Assembly: GCA_011390345.1 (NCBI GenBank)
Contig: JAABSP010000025.1
Location: 399 to 64,398, forward strand
DNA from: Desulfobacteraceae bacterium
GTDB lineage: Bacteria > Desulfobacterota > Desulfobacteria > Desulfobacterales > JAABSP01
DNA: 64,000 nucleotides
Reading direction: 5' to 3'
The notes under the pieces are model-generated. The model saw nothing but the letters and a program-made list of their open reading frames with translations, was not told where the DNA came from and did no database searches. Made by a program: the position numbers and the translations under genes. Below are positions 10,056-18,673 of this stretch, in pieces (the stretch's first letter is position 1; every line of letters begins with the position of its first letter).

Positions 10056-11847
10056 TGTTCTCCTCCTTTTGATTTCGATGGTACTGCATTCGATAGAGCT
10101 TTGCATATTCGCCGTCGCAGGCCAGCAGCTCCTCATGCCGGCCCTGCTCCACGATCCGGCCCCCGACAATCACCAGTATCCGCTGGGCATATGAGATGGT
10201 GGAGAGGCGATGCGCGATGACAAAGGTGGTTCTGCCCTTCATCAAATTCTCCAGGGCCTTTTGAACCAGCATCTCCGATTCCGTATCCAGTGCAGAGGTG
10301 GCCTCGTCCAGGATCAGGATCGGCGCATCCTTCAAGAGGGCCCGCGCGATGCAGAGGCGCTGCCGCTCTCCTCCCGAAAGGCGGTTGCCCAGCTCCCCGA
10401 GGGGGGTGTCATACCCTTGGGGCAGCCTTTGGATGAAATCATCGGCATATGCGGCCCGGGCCGCAGCCTGAATCTTTGCTTCGGACGCATCCGGCTTTCC
10501 GTAGGCGATGTTTGCGGCCACGGTATCATTGAAGAGGATCGTATCCTGGGTGACGATCGCGATCTGATCCCGCAGGGACGCGATAGATGCCTTTCGGATA
10601 TCGACCCCGTCAATGGAGACCGCCCCTTGGGTGACATCGTAAAACCTCGGGATGAGATTGACAAGGGAAGTTTTCCCCCCGCCGCTCATGCCTACCAGGG
10701 CAACGATCTCCCCGGGACGGACATCGAGATCGATCTCCCATAGTGCGATCTTGTCATCATATTGAAGGGTTACACTGTCAAATGTCACCCGATGGGGGCC
10801 CCGCTCCAGGATCACCGGATCTTTGACCTCGGAAATATCCGAATGACGCTCGATGATGTCGAAGACCCGGTCTGCGGCAGCCAGCCCCTGCTGCAGGGCA
10901 TTGTTGAGTTTTGTCAGCTTCTTGACCGGATCGTAGAGCATGAGGACTGCGGCCATAAAAGAAAAGAAGGTTCCGGCCGTCGAAGTTCCCGAGATGACCC
11001 TCGATCCGCCATACCAGATTATAAAGGCGATCCCCAGCCCCCCCAGGAATTCCATTACCGGCGAGGAGAGGGATTTGGCCACCACGGCCCGCATCTCCAT
11101 CTTGAAGAGGTCATCGGTCTTTTGAAAGAATCGGGCCTTCTCATATTCCTCCCTGCCGAATGCCTTGACGATCTTGTTGCCGAAGAAGGTCTCGTGGAGA
11201 AAGGCGTTCAGGTCGGCCATGGCCTCCTGGCATCCTGTGCTGATCCGGCGCACCCGCCGGCCGAATTCCACGATAGGGAAAAAGGCCACCGGCAGCACAA
11301 TGAGCGCAAAGATCGCCATCTTCCAATCCCGGTAGAAGATCACGAAGGTGAGGCCGAAGATCGTAAAGACATCCCGCAGAGAGCCGGTGATCGCGGTGGA
11401 GACCATCGCCTTGATCACATTGACATCGTTTGTGATCCTCGACATCAGCACCCCGGTCTGCTCATTCTGGAAAAAGGAGAGGGGCAGATCCTGAATGCGG
11501 TCGTAGAGCCGGTTTCTCAGGTGGCGGATGATATTCTCCCCCACATAGTTCATGAGATAGGAATTGCCGTAATAGCCGAGGCCCCGCAGCAGGTAGATCA
11601 GGATTACGGCCAGGGGGATCAGCCGGAGCATGGCCATGTTTTTTTTGAAGAAGATGTCGTCCAGCACCGGCTTAACCAGAAAGGCCGATGCGGATGTGGA
11701 GGCTGCAACGATGAGCATACAGGCCATTGCGGCCACAAGTTTTCCGGTGTTCTGCCTGACCAGGGAGAGGAGATACCGATGGCGGGGCTGCAGCCCCTGT
11801 TCCCTTATCTTTCGAATCGGGTTCTTTCCGATGGGATTTGACTTCAT
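10033..11847 (-). CDS. msbA: Lipid A export ABC transporter (permease/ATPase)
   Basis: TM domain, Walker A GMSGGGKT, LSGGERQR, ILILDEATSALD; lies in the lpx operon. Confidence 0.9.
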   Translation of the reverse strand: MKSNPIGKNPIRKIREQGLQPRHRYLLSLVRQNTGKLVAAMACMLIVAASTSASAFLVKPVLDDIFFKKNMAMLRLIPLAVILIYLLRGLGYYGNSYLMNYVGENIIRHLRNRLYDRIQDLPLSFFQNEQTGVLMSRITNDVNVIKAMVSTAITGSLRDVFTIFGLTFVIFYRDWKMAIFALIVLPVAFFPIVEFGRRVRRISTGCQEAMADLNAFLHETFFGNKIVKAFGREEYEKARFFQKTDDLFKMEMRAVVAKSLSSPVMEFLGGLGIAFIIWYGGSRVISGTSTAGTFFSFMAAVLMLYDPVKKLTKLNNALQQGLAAADRVFDIIERHSDISEVKDPVILERGPHRVTFDSVTLQYDDKIALWEIDLDVRPGEIVALVGMSGGGKTSLVNLIPRFYDVTQGAVSIDGVDIRKASIASLRDQIAIVTQDTILFNDTVAANIAYGKPDASEAKIQAAARAAYADDFIQRLPQGYDTPLGELGNRLSGGERQRLCIARALLKDAPILILDEATSALDTESEMLVQKALENLMKGRTTFVIAHRLSTISYAQRILVIVGGRIVEQGRHEELLACDGEYAKLYRMQYHRNQKEENNDSGDQE

Positions 11848-12536
11848 GAATCGCGATCCGATGGAATCATATGGCCGAAATCCGCGTCGGCCCTGCGGGT
11901 AATGCGGTTGAGTTCATCTTCCAGACGGATGCGGCAGCGCTCCATCTCCGGGGCATCGGCATCCGGGGAGACCGAAATCGGGGAACCATAAAGGAGACGG
12001 CATCGGGTGAAAGGGACAGGAAGCAGAAACCGGTCCCAGCTTGAAAAGAACTTTCCCTTTTTTGCGCTGTAGGTGATGGGCACGATCGGGTATCCGGTCT
12101 TTAAGGCCAGTGCGATGATCCCGGGCTGCACGACAAAACGGGGCCCCCGGGGGCCGTCTGGAATGATAATCGCGGGGCGGATCTGCTCCTTCATCATCTT
12201 GATCATCTTTGCCAGTGCCCGATGTCCTCCCCTTGAGGTGGAGCCCCGAACCGGCTCATGCCCCTGCTGCTGCAGGATTCTGGCGATGATCTCCCCGTCC
12301 TCGGAGCGGCTGACCAGCCCGATCCCGTTCCATCCCCTGAAGAAATAGTTCGGCAGCAGAATCCGGGAGTGCCAGACCGCCGCGATAAAACGCCTGGTTC
12401 GGAGAAGATCGGCAACCGGTTCATACCCTTCCTTCTCGATCCGGACAGTACGGAAAAGTACATCGATGATCCCCTTTCCCAGCAGCCCTACCATGTTCCA
12501 GCGCAGCTCGTAAAAGTTCGATTTCCGGGAATTCAA
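11844..12536 (-). CDS. DUF374 lysophospholipid acyltransferase family protein (LpxJ-like late lipid A acyltransferase)
   Basis: WHSRI, VSRSEDGEI, RGSTSRGG, PDGPRGP, SWDRFLLPVPF. Real start is probably TTG 12536; the longer track ORF overlaps lpxB. Confidence 0.85.
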   Translation of the reverse strand: MNSRKSNFYELRWNMVGLLGKGIIDVLFRTVRIEKEGYEPVADLLRTRRFIAAVWHSRILLPNYFFRGWNGIGLVSRSEDGEIIARILQQQGHEPVRGSTSRGGHRALAKMIKMMKEQIRPAIIIPDGPRGPRFVVQPGIIALALKTGYPIVPITYSAKKGKFFSSWDRFLLPVPFTRCRLLYGSPISVSPDADAPEMERCRIRLEDELNRITRRADADFGHMIPSDRDS

Positions 12537-13735
12537 GGATTCTCCCGCATCATCTGCAGCGCGATTTGGGCCACCCGATGGCTTGCGCCGGACCCGCCCA
12601 GAAGATGGCGGATATTGATCAGCGCCGCCCGAAGGCCCTCGAGCCTTCCCGGAACCGTGAGGATCTTTTCGACCTCCTGCGCGATCCGCTCCGGAGATGC
12701 CTCCTCCTGGATCAGCTCCGGCAGAATGGTTCTGCCCAGGATCAGATTGACGAGGCTGATGTTCTTCACCCGGATGAGGAGACGCCCCATCCAGTAGCTC
12801 GATCCTGAAACCTTGTAGATGATAACCAGGGGAAGACCTGCAATCGCCGCCTCCAGGGTGACGGTTCCGGATGCTGCAACCGCCATGTGGCACCGGCTGA
12901 AGAGATGTCGTGCCCCGCCGTAGACCCGTTCGATGGGAAGACCATTTCGCTGCTTTTCGAGGATTGCTTCGGCAAGCCCCGTGTCCAGAGAGGGCGCGAT
13001 GGAGACGAGAAAACGGATGCCGGGAACTCGGCGGTGCAGAAGGCTTGCCGCTTCGAGCATGGCCGGCAGGTGGCGGATTACTTCCCGATCTCTGGAACCC
13101 GGCAGCAGTCCGACGGTATAGCAATGCCCCTTCCCACTCCGGCCACTCTGTCCACTCAGTCTATCCACCGGATTGCCGCCCCCAAAATCTTTTTCAGGAT
13201 GATCGGGAATCTCGGGATGATCCAATAGGGGATGCCCCACAAAGGTGGCCGGAATTTTCCGCCTGCGGTAAAACCCCTCCTCAAAGGGGAGGATCACGGC
13301 CAGATGGTCCACCCTTCTGCCGATCTTATGGATGCGGCCCGAGCGCCATGCCCAGATCTGGGGACTGATGTAGTAGAGAACAGGAATCTTCAGCCGCTTC
13401 GCGGTCGCGGCCACATGGAGGTTGAAATCGGGAAAGTCGATGAGCACCAGCAGATCCGGCTTCAACTGTCGCAGCATATCTTTGGCCGCCGCAATCCCCT
13501 TCAACAGTTGGGGCAGCTTGGAAAAGACCTCGGTGATCCCCACCACCGAAAGGCTCTCCGCGTTGACTGTCACTTTTGCCCCGGCCCGTTTCATGGCCTT
13601 TCCGCCGATGCCGAAAAAGGCGATTCCGCCATCCATCCGGCGCATGGCCCAAATCAGTTCAGCGCCGTGCAGATCCCCAGAGGCTTCACCCGCGATGATC
13701 ATCACGCGCTTTGTTGCAGGGGATTCAGATGCCAC
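12533..13735 (-). CDS. lpxB: Lipid-A-disaccharide synthase
   Basis: AGEASGDLHGA, IDFPDFN, SPQIWAWR, LLPGSR, SGTVTLE. Confidence 0.97.
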   Translation of the reverse strand: MASESPATKRVMIIAGEASGDLHGAELIWAMRRMDGGIAFFGIGGKAMKRAGAKVTVNAESLSVVGITEVFSKLPQLLKGIAAAKDMLRQLKPDLLVLIDFPDFNLHVAATAKRLKIPVLYYISPQIWAWRSGRIHKIGRRVDHLAVILPFEEGFYRRRKIPATFVGHPLLDHPEIPDHPEKDFGGGNPVDRLSGQSGRSGKGHCYTVGLLPGSRDREVIRHLPAMLEAASLLHRRVPGIRFLVSIAPSLDTGLAEAILEKQRNGLPIERVYGGARHLFSRCHMAVAASGTVTLEAAIAGLPLVIIYKVSGSSYWMGRLLIRVKNISLVNLILGRTILPELIQEEASPERIAQEVEKILTVPGRLEGLRAALINIRHLLGGSGASHRVAQIALQMMRENP

Positions 13736-14703
13736 TAATCGCTCAAAAACTGCCGGCTGGTCTGCCGGATCTGATCCATGATGGAGAGCGCGATCTTTAA
13801 AGCATCCCGTCCCATCTGGCCGGTCACTTCCGAGGACTCCCGCCGGATGACGCTGCGGACAAAGGAACGGAGTTCATCATCCAGCGCATCCCCCTTGGTA
13901 AAGCAGCGCTGGTCGATCTCCATGCCGGGAATGAGCCCCCCCTCCTTGTTCCCGTTCTGGCGGATCACGGTGATCTCATGGCTGGAGAAATCGACCGAGA
14001 TGTAGGCATCCCGCTGAAAAAGGCGGATCTTTCGCTCGTTCTTCATGGAGATCCGGCTGGCGGTGACATTTGCCACACAGCCGCTTGCAAACTCCAGGCG
14101 CGCATTTGCGATGTCCACATGCTCGGAGATGACCGGAATGCCTGCGGCATGGATGCTTTTGATCTCGGATCGGACGCAGTTCAAGATGATGTCGATGTCG
14201 TGGATCATCAGATCGAGGACAACGCTCACATCGGTTCCCCGGCCCTTGAAGGTGCTGAGGCGATGGGATTCGATGAACATGGGGCGGTTCAAAATATCCC
14301 GCAGGGCCACCACCGCGGAGTTGAACCGCTCCAGATGCCCCACCTGGATGATCAGACCCCGCTCCTCCGCGATCCGGATCAGGGACTCGGCCTCGGGAAG
14401 GGTTTGGGTCATCGGCTTTTCGATGAAGACATCCACATCCTGTTCCAAAAAGAACCGGCTCACCTCGAAATGGGAATGGGTGGGGACCACGATGCTGACG
14501 GCATCCACTCTGCCGGCAAGCTCCCGGTAATCGGCAAAGGGGCGGGTCTCTAACATCCCTGCGATCTCCTGGGCCCTCTCCGTATCGATATCGACAACCC
14601 CCACCAGCTCAGCATCCTCCATATGCACATACTTCTCCGCATGGAATCTGCCCAGATAGCCCGTACCGATGACCGCGACCCGAAGTTTCCCCTTAGCGTT
14701 CAA
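13735..14703 (-). CDS. Gfo/Idh/MocA oxidoreductase, GnnA-like (UDP-GlcNAc 3-dehydrogenase candidate)
   Basis: GTGYLGRFHA, EKP, GHLERFN, DLMIHDID; positioned between lpxA/lpxI and lpxB. Confidence 0.8.
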   Translation of the reverse strand: MNAKGKLRVAVIGTGYLGRFHAEKYVHMEDAELVGVVDIDTERAQEIAGMLETRPFADYRELAGRVDAVSIVVPTHSHFEVSRFFLEQDVDVFIEKPMTQTLPEAESLIRIAEERGLIIQVGHLERFNSAVVALRDILNRPMFIESHRLSTFKGRGTDVSVVLDLMIHDIDIILNCVRSEIKSIHAAGIPVISEHVDIANARLEFASGCVANVTASRISMKNERKIRLFQRDAYISVDFSSHEITVIRQNGNKEGGLIPGMEIDQRCFTKGDALDDELRSFVRSVIRRESSEVTGQMGRDALKIALSIMDQIRQTSRQFLSD

Positions 14704-14794
14704 TGCATCCCTTCTTCATCGTTTTCATTCTTCATCTTGTTTTTTTGATTCTTCTTTATTCAAAGCCTAAAATCTTCAAAGCCGCAGACGCTTT

Positions 14795-15727
14795 TCACAC
14801 ACCGATCACCGCTATCTTATGCCGGTCCGCCAGCGCCACCATCTCCTCTCTGTTGAAGACCACGGCTCTGCCGGTCTCCACCGCAAGGACATCTGCCCCG
14901 GCTTCTATCATGGTTCGGATCGTCTCCGCGCCCACTGCCGGCACATCAAAGCGGGTATCCTGATTCGGCTTGCAGATCTTGACCACTACCGCGCCCCCGT
15001 CTCCCAAAGCGGCCCCTCTCCGGATGGCCGCGTCGGTTCCCTCGATGGCCTCGACCGCCAGCACGGAGCCGCCGCCCAACACAACGCACTGCCCGATGTC
15101 GAGGCGGCCGATCTCCCGGGCCAGTTTCAGCCCCAGTTCGATGTCCGCTCTTTCACCCCGATTGGGCTTCCGTTTAGTCCATAAGCCTTCCGGGGCCAGA
15201 AGCTCCGGCAGGAGAAAGGTCGCATCCCGGACCCGGATGCCTTCCTCTTCCAGGGCTCCGGCAAATGCCCTCAACACCCCGTCATCATGGGTGTGGCGCA
15301 TGCCGGCCAGAATCGAGATCGCTTTAATATCGGGCCGTACATCGGTGAACATCCGGGTCTTTCGGATCGATCCCATCATCACGGCCTCTTCCACTCCGTT
15401 TCGCTTGAAGAAGCGGATCAGCCGCTTCACCTGACCCAGATGGAGCCATTCCACGGCATCGACCATCCCGGCCAGTTGCTGGTCGGCCTCTTTGACATAC
15501 GCGGCAGCAAAGACCCTATATCCCCTGTCCCGTGCCTTTCGGGAAAAGATCATGGGGAACTGGCCCCCGCCCGCGATCAGGCCGATTCTCTTTCCAGTTC
15601 TATTTACGGCCTTCTTTTCATCGGTTTTCCCGGTATGATCGGAAATCCCTCCATCGGTCTCCGGAGCGGGTCTGTCCGATGTTCCCGCCTTCTTCGGATT
15701 CATGGAAGAATCCCCGGATCGACTCAC
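14795..15727 (-). CDS. lpxI: UDP-2,3-diacylglucosamine diphosphatase LpxI
   Basis: IGLIAGGGQFP, DIGQCVV, AVEAIEGTD, KPNQDTRFDVPAVG. Confidence 0.93.
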   Translation of the reverse strand: MSRSGDSSMNPKKAGTSDRPAPETDGGISDHTGKTDEKKAVNRTGKRIGLIAGGGQFPMIFSRKARDRGYRVFAAAYVKEADQQLAGMVDAVEWLHLGQVKRLIRFFKRNGVEEAVMMGSIRKTRMFTDVRPDIKAISILAGMRHTHDDGVLRAFAGALEEEGIRVRDATFLLPELLAPEGLWTKRKPNRGERADIELGLKLAREIGRLDIGQCVVLGGGSVLAVEAIEGTDAAIRRGAALGDGGAVVVKICKPNQDTRFDVPAVGAETIRTMIEAGADVLAVETGRAVVFNREEMVALADRHKIAVIGV

Positions 15728-16494
15728 CGGGTGATCCCCCGGGTGGATGCCTTGATGAAATCGATGAATTCAACTACTTCGGGAATCTGCTCCACCTCGG
15801 CCCGGACCCGCTCCAGGGCCTCGTTCAGGGTCAGGCCGATACGGAAGATGATCCGGTAGGTCTTCTTCAGCGCGGAAAGGGTGGTGTTGGTCATCCCCAT
15901 ACGCTTCAATCCCACCGTGTTCATGCCGTGGAGAGCGGCCCTGTCCCCGGCCGCGATCACATAGGGGGGGATATCCTTGACCACTGCGGATTTCCCGCCG
16001 ATGTAGGCATAGTCGCCGACGCGGACAAACTGGTGAATGGCCACAAGCCCCCCGACAGTAACGTAATCACCGATCTCGATGTGGCCTGCAAGGGTTGCAC
16101 AGTTGGCCAGAATCACCCGCCGGCCGAGCTTGCAGTCATGCGCTACATGGCTGTACGCCATTAGATAGTTCTCTTCCCCGATCTCGGTGATACCGCCGCC
16201 GAATTCCGTGCCCCGGTGAACCGTTACATATTCACGGATAATGGTCTTTGCGCCGATCTTTGCATATGTGATCTCCCCGCCGAACTTCAGGGCCTGGGGA
16301 ACACCGCCGATTGCGGCAAAGGGAAAGATTTTGCAGTCAGGGCCGACCGTGGTGTAGGGCTCGATCATGGCATGTGCGCCGACAACTGTCCTGGGGCCGA
16401 TCGCGACATCCCGGCCGATAATGGCATAGGGCCCAATCTCAACGCTTGCATCGATCTCTGCTTTAGGATCGACAATGGCTGTCGGATGAATCAT
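15724..16494 (-). CDS. lpxA: UDP-GlcNAc O-acyltransferase
   Basis: MIHPTAIV, hexapeptide repeats, HVAHDC, LAGH, HQFVRVG. Confidence 0.97.
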   Translation of the reverse strand: MIHPTAIVDPKAEIDASVEIGPYAIIGRDVAIGPRTVVGAHAMIEPYTTVGPDCKIFPFAAIGGVPQALKFGGEITYAKIGAKTIIREYVTVHRGTEFGGGITEIGEENYLMAYSHVAHDCKLGRRVILANCATLAGHIEIGDYVTVGGLVAIHQFVRVGDYAYIGGKSAVVKDIPPYVIAAGDRAALHGMNTVGLKRMGMTNTTLSALKKTYRIIFRIGLTLNEALERVRAEVEQIPEVVEFIDFIKASTRGITR

Positions 16495-17021
16495 GTGGGT
16501 CTCTCTCCGAACGCGGCCATCAGTTCGGCCTCGGCCGCTCGCTGCCCGTCGACACTGGCGACGCCGCTCAATTTGACGGCCTTTGCCCGGGCTTTTGTGA
16601 TGTGAAGTTCCAGAATCAGTCTATCACCGGGAACCACGGGCTTCCGGAATCGCACCTTGTCCAGCCCCATGAAATAGAGGGGCTGTCCGTACCGCTCCGG
16701 GGGCTGGGAATCGATCACCAGGATTCCGCCGGCCTGTCCCATGGCCTCGACGATGAGCACCCCGGGCATGATGGGGAGTCCGGGGAAGTGGCCCTGGAAA
16801 AAGGGCTCGTTGATGGTGACATTCTTTAAAACCTTGATCCGCTCTCCGGGAACGATCTCCAGCACCCGGTCAACCAGAAGAAATGGATACCGGTGGGGCA
16901 GATACTGCATGATCCGGCTGATATCGGGAAGGGAGATCTCGCCGGTATCTTGGGCCGGCCCGTCCATCGCGTGGGCCGGATCTTCATTCTTCAGATTTCC
17001 GTTCTCCTGGCTCATCGCCAT
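16491..17021 (-). CDS. fabZ: 3-hydroxyacyl-ACP dehydratase
   Basis: [33 protein letters not shown]. Confidence 0.97.
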   Translation of the reverse strand: MAMSQENGNLKNEDPAHAMDGPAQDTGEISLPDISRIMQYLPHRYPFLLVDRVLEIVPGERIKVLKNVTINEPFFQGHFPGLPIMPGVLIVEAMGQAGGILVIDSQPPERYGQPLYFMGLDKVRFRKPVVPGDRLILELHITKARAKAVKLSGVASVDGQRAAEAELMAAFGERPT

Positions 17022-18135
17022 CCTCCATCTCTTTCAACCGTTTTTCCACTTTTTCCAGCCGCTTTTTCAGCTCCGGCAACTGGGGAACGACCCGCTGCAC
17101 CCGAAGCCAGGTGCGGTGGGGGATCTCCGGAGATCCGGAGACGATCTGGCCGTCCGAAATCGATTTGCCGACACCGCACTGGGGGCCGACCGTGACATTG
17201 TCGCCAAGGGTGAGATGCCCCGAAACCCCGGCCTGCCCCGCAAGGATCGACCATCTGCCGATGGTTGTGCTGCCGGCGATCCCCACCTGGGCCACCAGCA
17301 CTGTATTCTCTCCCACCGAGACGTTGTGGGCCACCTGAACCAGGTTGTCGGTCTTGACACCCCGTCCGATCCGGGTGACGCCAAAAGTGGCCCGGTCGAT
17401 GGTGTTGCATGCGCCGATCTCCACATCATCTCCGATCTCCACAACTCCGATGTGAGGGATCTTGATATACCCTTCAGGAGACGGGGCATAGCCGAATCCG
17501 TCACTGCCGATAACGGTTCCGGCATGGATTGCCACCCGGTCTCCGATGCGGGTTCCCCAGCCGATGGTGACGCTGGGAAAGATCTTCGCATCCCGGCCGA
17601 TGATCACATCATCTTCGATCACCACATGAGGATGGATAACGGCATTGGGGCCGATCTTCACCCGGTCCCCGATAACGGCACAGGGGCCGATCCGGGCCTC
17701 CTCCCCGATATCCGCATCTCTTCCCACAACGGCAAGACGGCTGATCCTTGACCCGGACTGGAATCCGACTCCACCTCCCACCATATATCCCGGGAGCCGG
17801 GGCCTGTAGAAGAGATTTGCGGCCCGGGCAAACGCGGCATAGGGATTTTCGACCCGGATCAGGGGCTTTTCGCCCCCCCCGATTTCCGATTGGATGTCCG
17901 ATTGGATGTCCGGTTGGATGTCCGGGGGGACAATCACCGCGCCGGCCCCGGTCTCTCCGATCCTTTTGATCCATTTGGCCTGACCCGCCCAGGTGATCTG
18001 GTCGGAATCTGCCGACTCAAATGGGGCCGCACCGGTAAAAACCCCTATGATCTCCCCATTCAGATGTTCTGCGATCTCCCGGAGGGTGAGCCGGATCGCT
18101 CCGGAATCTTCTTTAGTTTCCTCTGTGCCGGGCAT
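16984..18135 (-). CDS. lpxD: UDP-3-O-acylglucosamine N-acyltransferase
   Basis: [25 protein letters not shown], hexapeptide repeats. Confidence 0.97.
   Translation of the reverse strand: MPGTEETKEDSGAIRLTLREIAEHLNGEIIGVFTGAAPFESADSDQITWAGQAKWIKRIGETGAGAVIVPPDIQPDIQSDIQSEIGGGEKPLIRVENPYAAFARAANLFYRPRLPGYMVGGGVGFQSGSRISRLAVVGRDADIGEEARIGPCAVIGDRVKIGPNAVIHPHVVIEDDVIIGRDAKIFPSVTIGWGTRIGDRVAIHAGTVIGSDGFGYAPSPEGYIKIPHIGVVEIGDDVEIGACNTIDRATFGVTRIGRGVKTDNLVQVAHNVSVGENTVLVAQVGIAGSTTIGRWSILAGQAGVSGHLTLGDNVTVGPQCGVGKSISDGQIVSGSPEIPHRTWLRVQRVVPQLPELKKRLEKVEKRLKEMEDGDEPGERKSEE
17886..17921. repeat. 12-bp tandem repeat (3 copies) inside lpxD encoding PDIQ/SDIQ
   Basis: CCGATTGGATGT x2 followed by CCGGTTGGATGT. 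Confidence 0.8.
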
Positions 18136-18625
18136 CGTATTCCCTGATCAGCTTATCGGTGATGTCCACCGCGTCCTGAGAATAGAGCACCCCGAGCTTT
18201 TCGATGATCAGGGTATATCCCTCCCGCTTGCCGATCTCGCCCACCAGGTCGAAAAAGTCCTTCTGGATTCTTCTTATGACCTGGGCTTCGGCCTCTTTGA
18301 AATCCTCCATATACTTCTTCTGCAGGGTCTTGGCATCATTGATCTTGATCCGGATCTCCCGCTCCTTATCCTCCCGGCGGTCCCGGCTCATGACCAGCGC
18401 GTCCTTCTCGAGCTGGTTCCGCATGGCCTCGATCTCGTTCTTCTTGGCCTCGAAATCGCTCTCCATACCCTTGGCCTTTCGGGCAATCTCGGTCTGTGCG
18501 GCCTTTCCGGCCCTGGATTCTTTCAGTACCTGCTGAAAATCGACGATGCCGAGTTTGAAATCTGCGGCCCAAGAGGCCGTGGTCAAAAGCAGCATGCCGA
18601 TGATTGTGATGGCTGTAATCCGCAT
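18113..18625 (-). CDS. skp: OmpH/Skp periplasmic chaperone
   Basis: Signal peptide, KLGIVDFQQVL, coiled coil, DITDKLI; follows bamA. Confidence 0.92.
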   Translation of the reverse strand: MRITAITIIGMLLLTTASWAADFKLGIVDFQQVLKESRAGKAAQTEIARKAKGMESDFEAKKNEIEAMRNQLEKDALVMSRDRREDKEREIRIKINDAKTLQKKYMEDFKEAEAQVIRRIQKDFFDLVGEIGKREGYTLIIEKLGVLYSQDAVDITDKLIREYDARHRGN

Positions 18626-18673
18626 TGAACCTCCCTGTATAATTAGAAATTAAGAATTAAAAATGAAAGCGGT

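Noticed and set aside
12537-13124. N-terminal extension of the DUF374 ORF given by the track
   Set aside because: Overlaps lpxB in another frame and has low-complexity composition; the family match starts near 12536.
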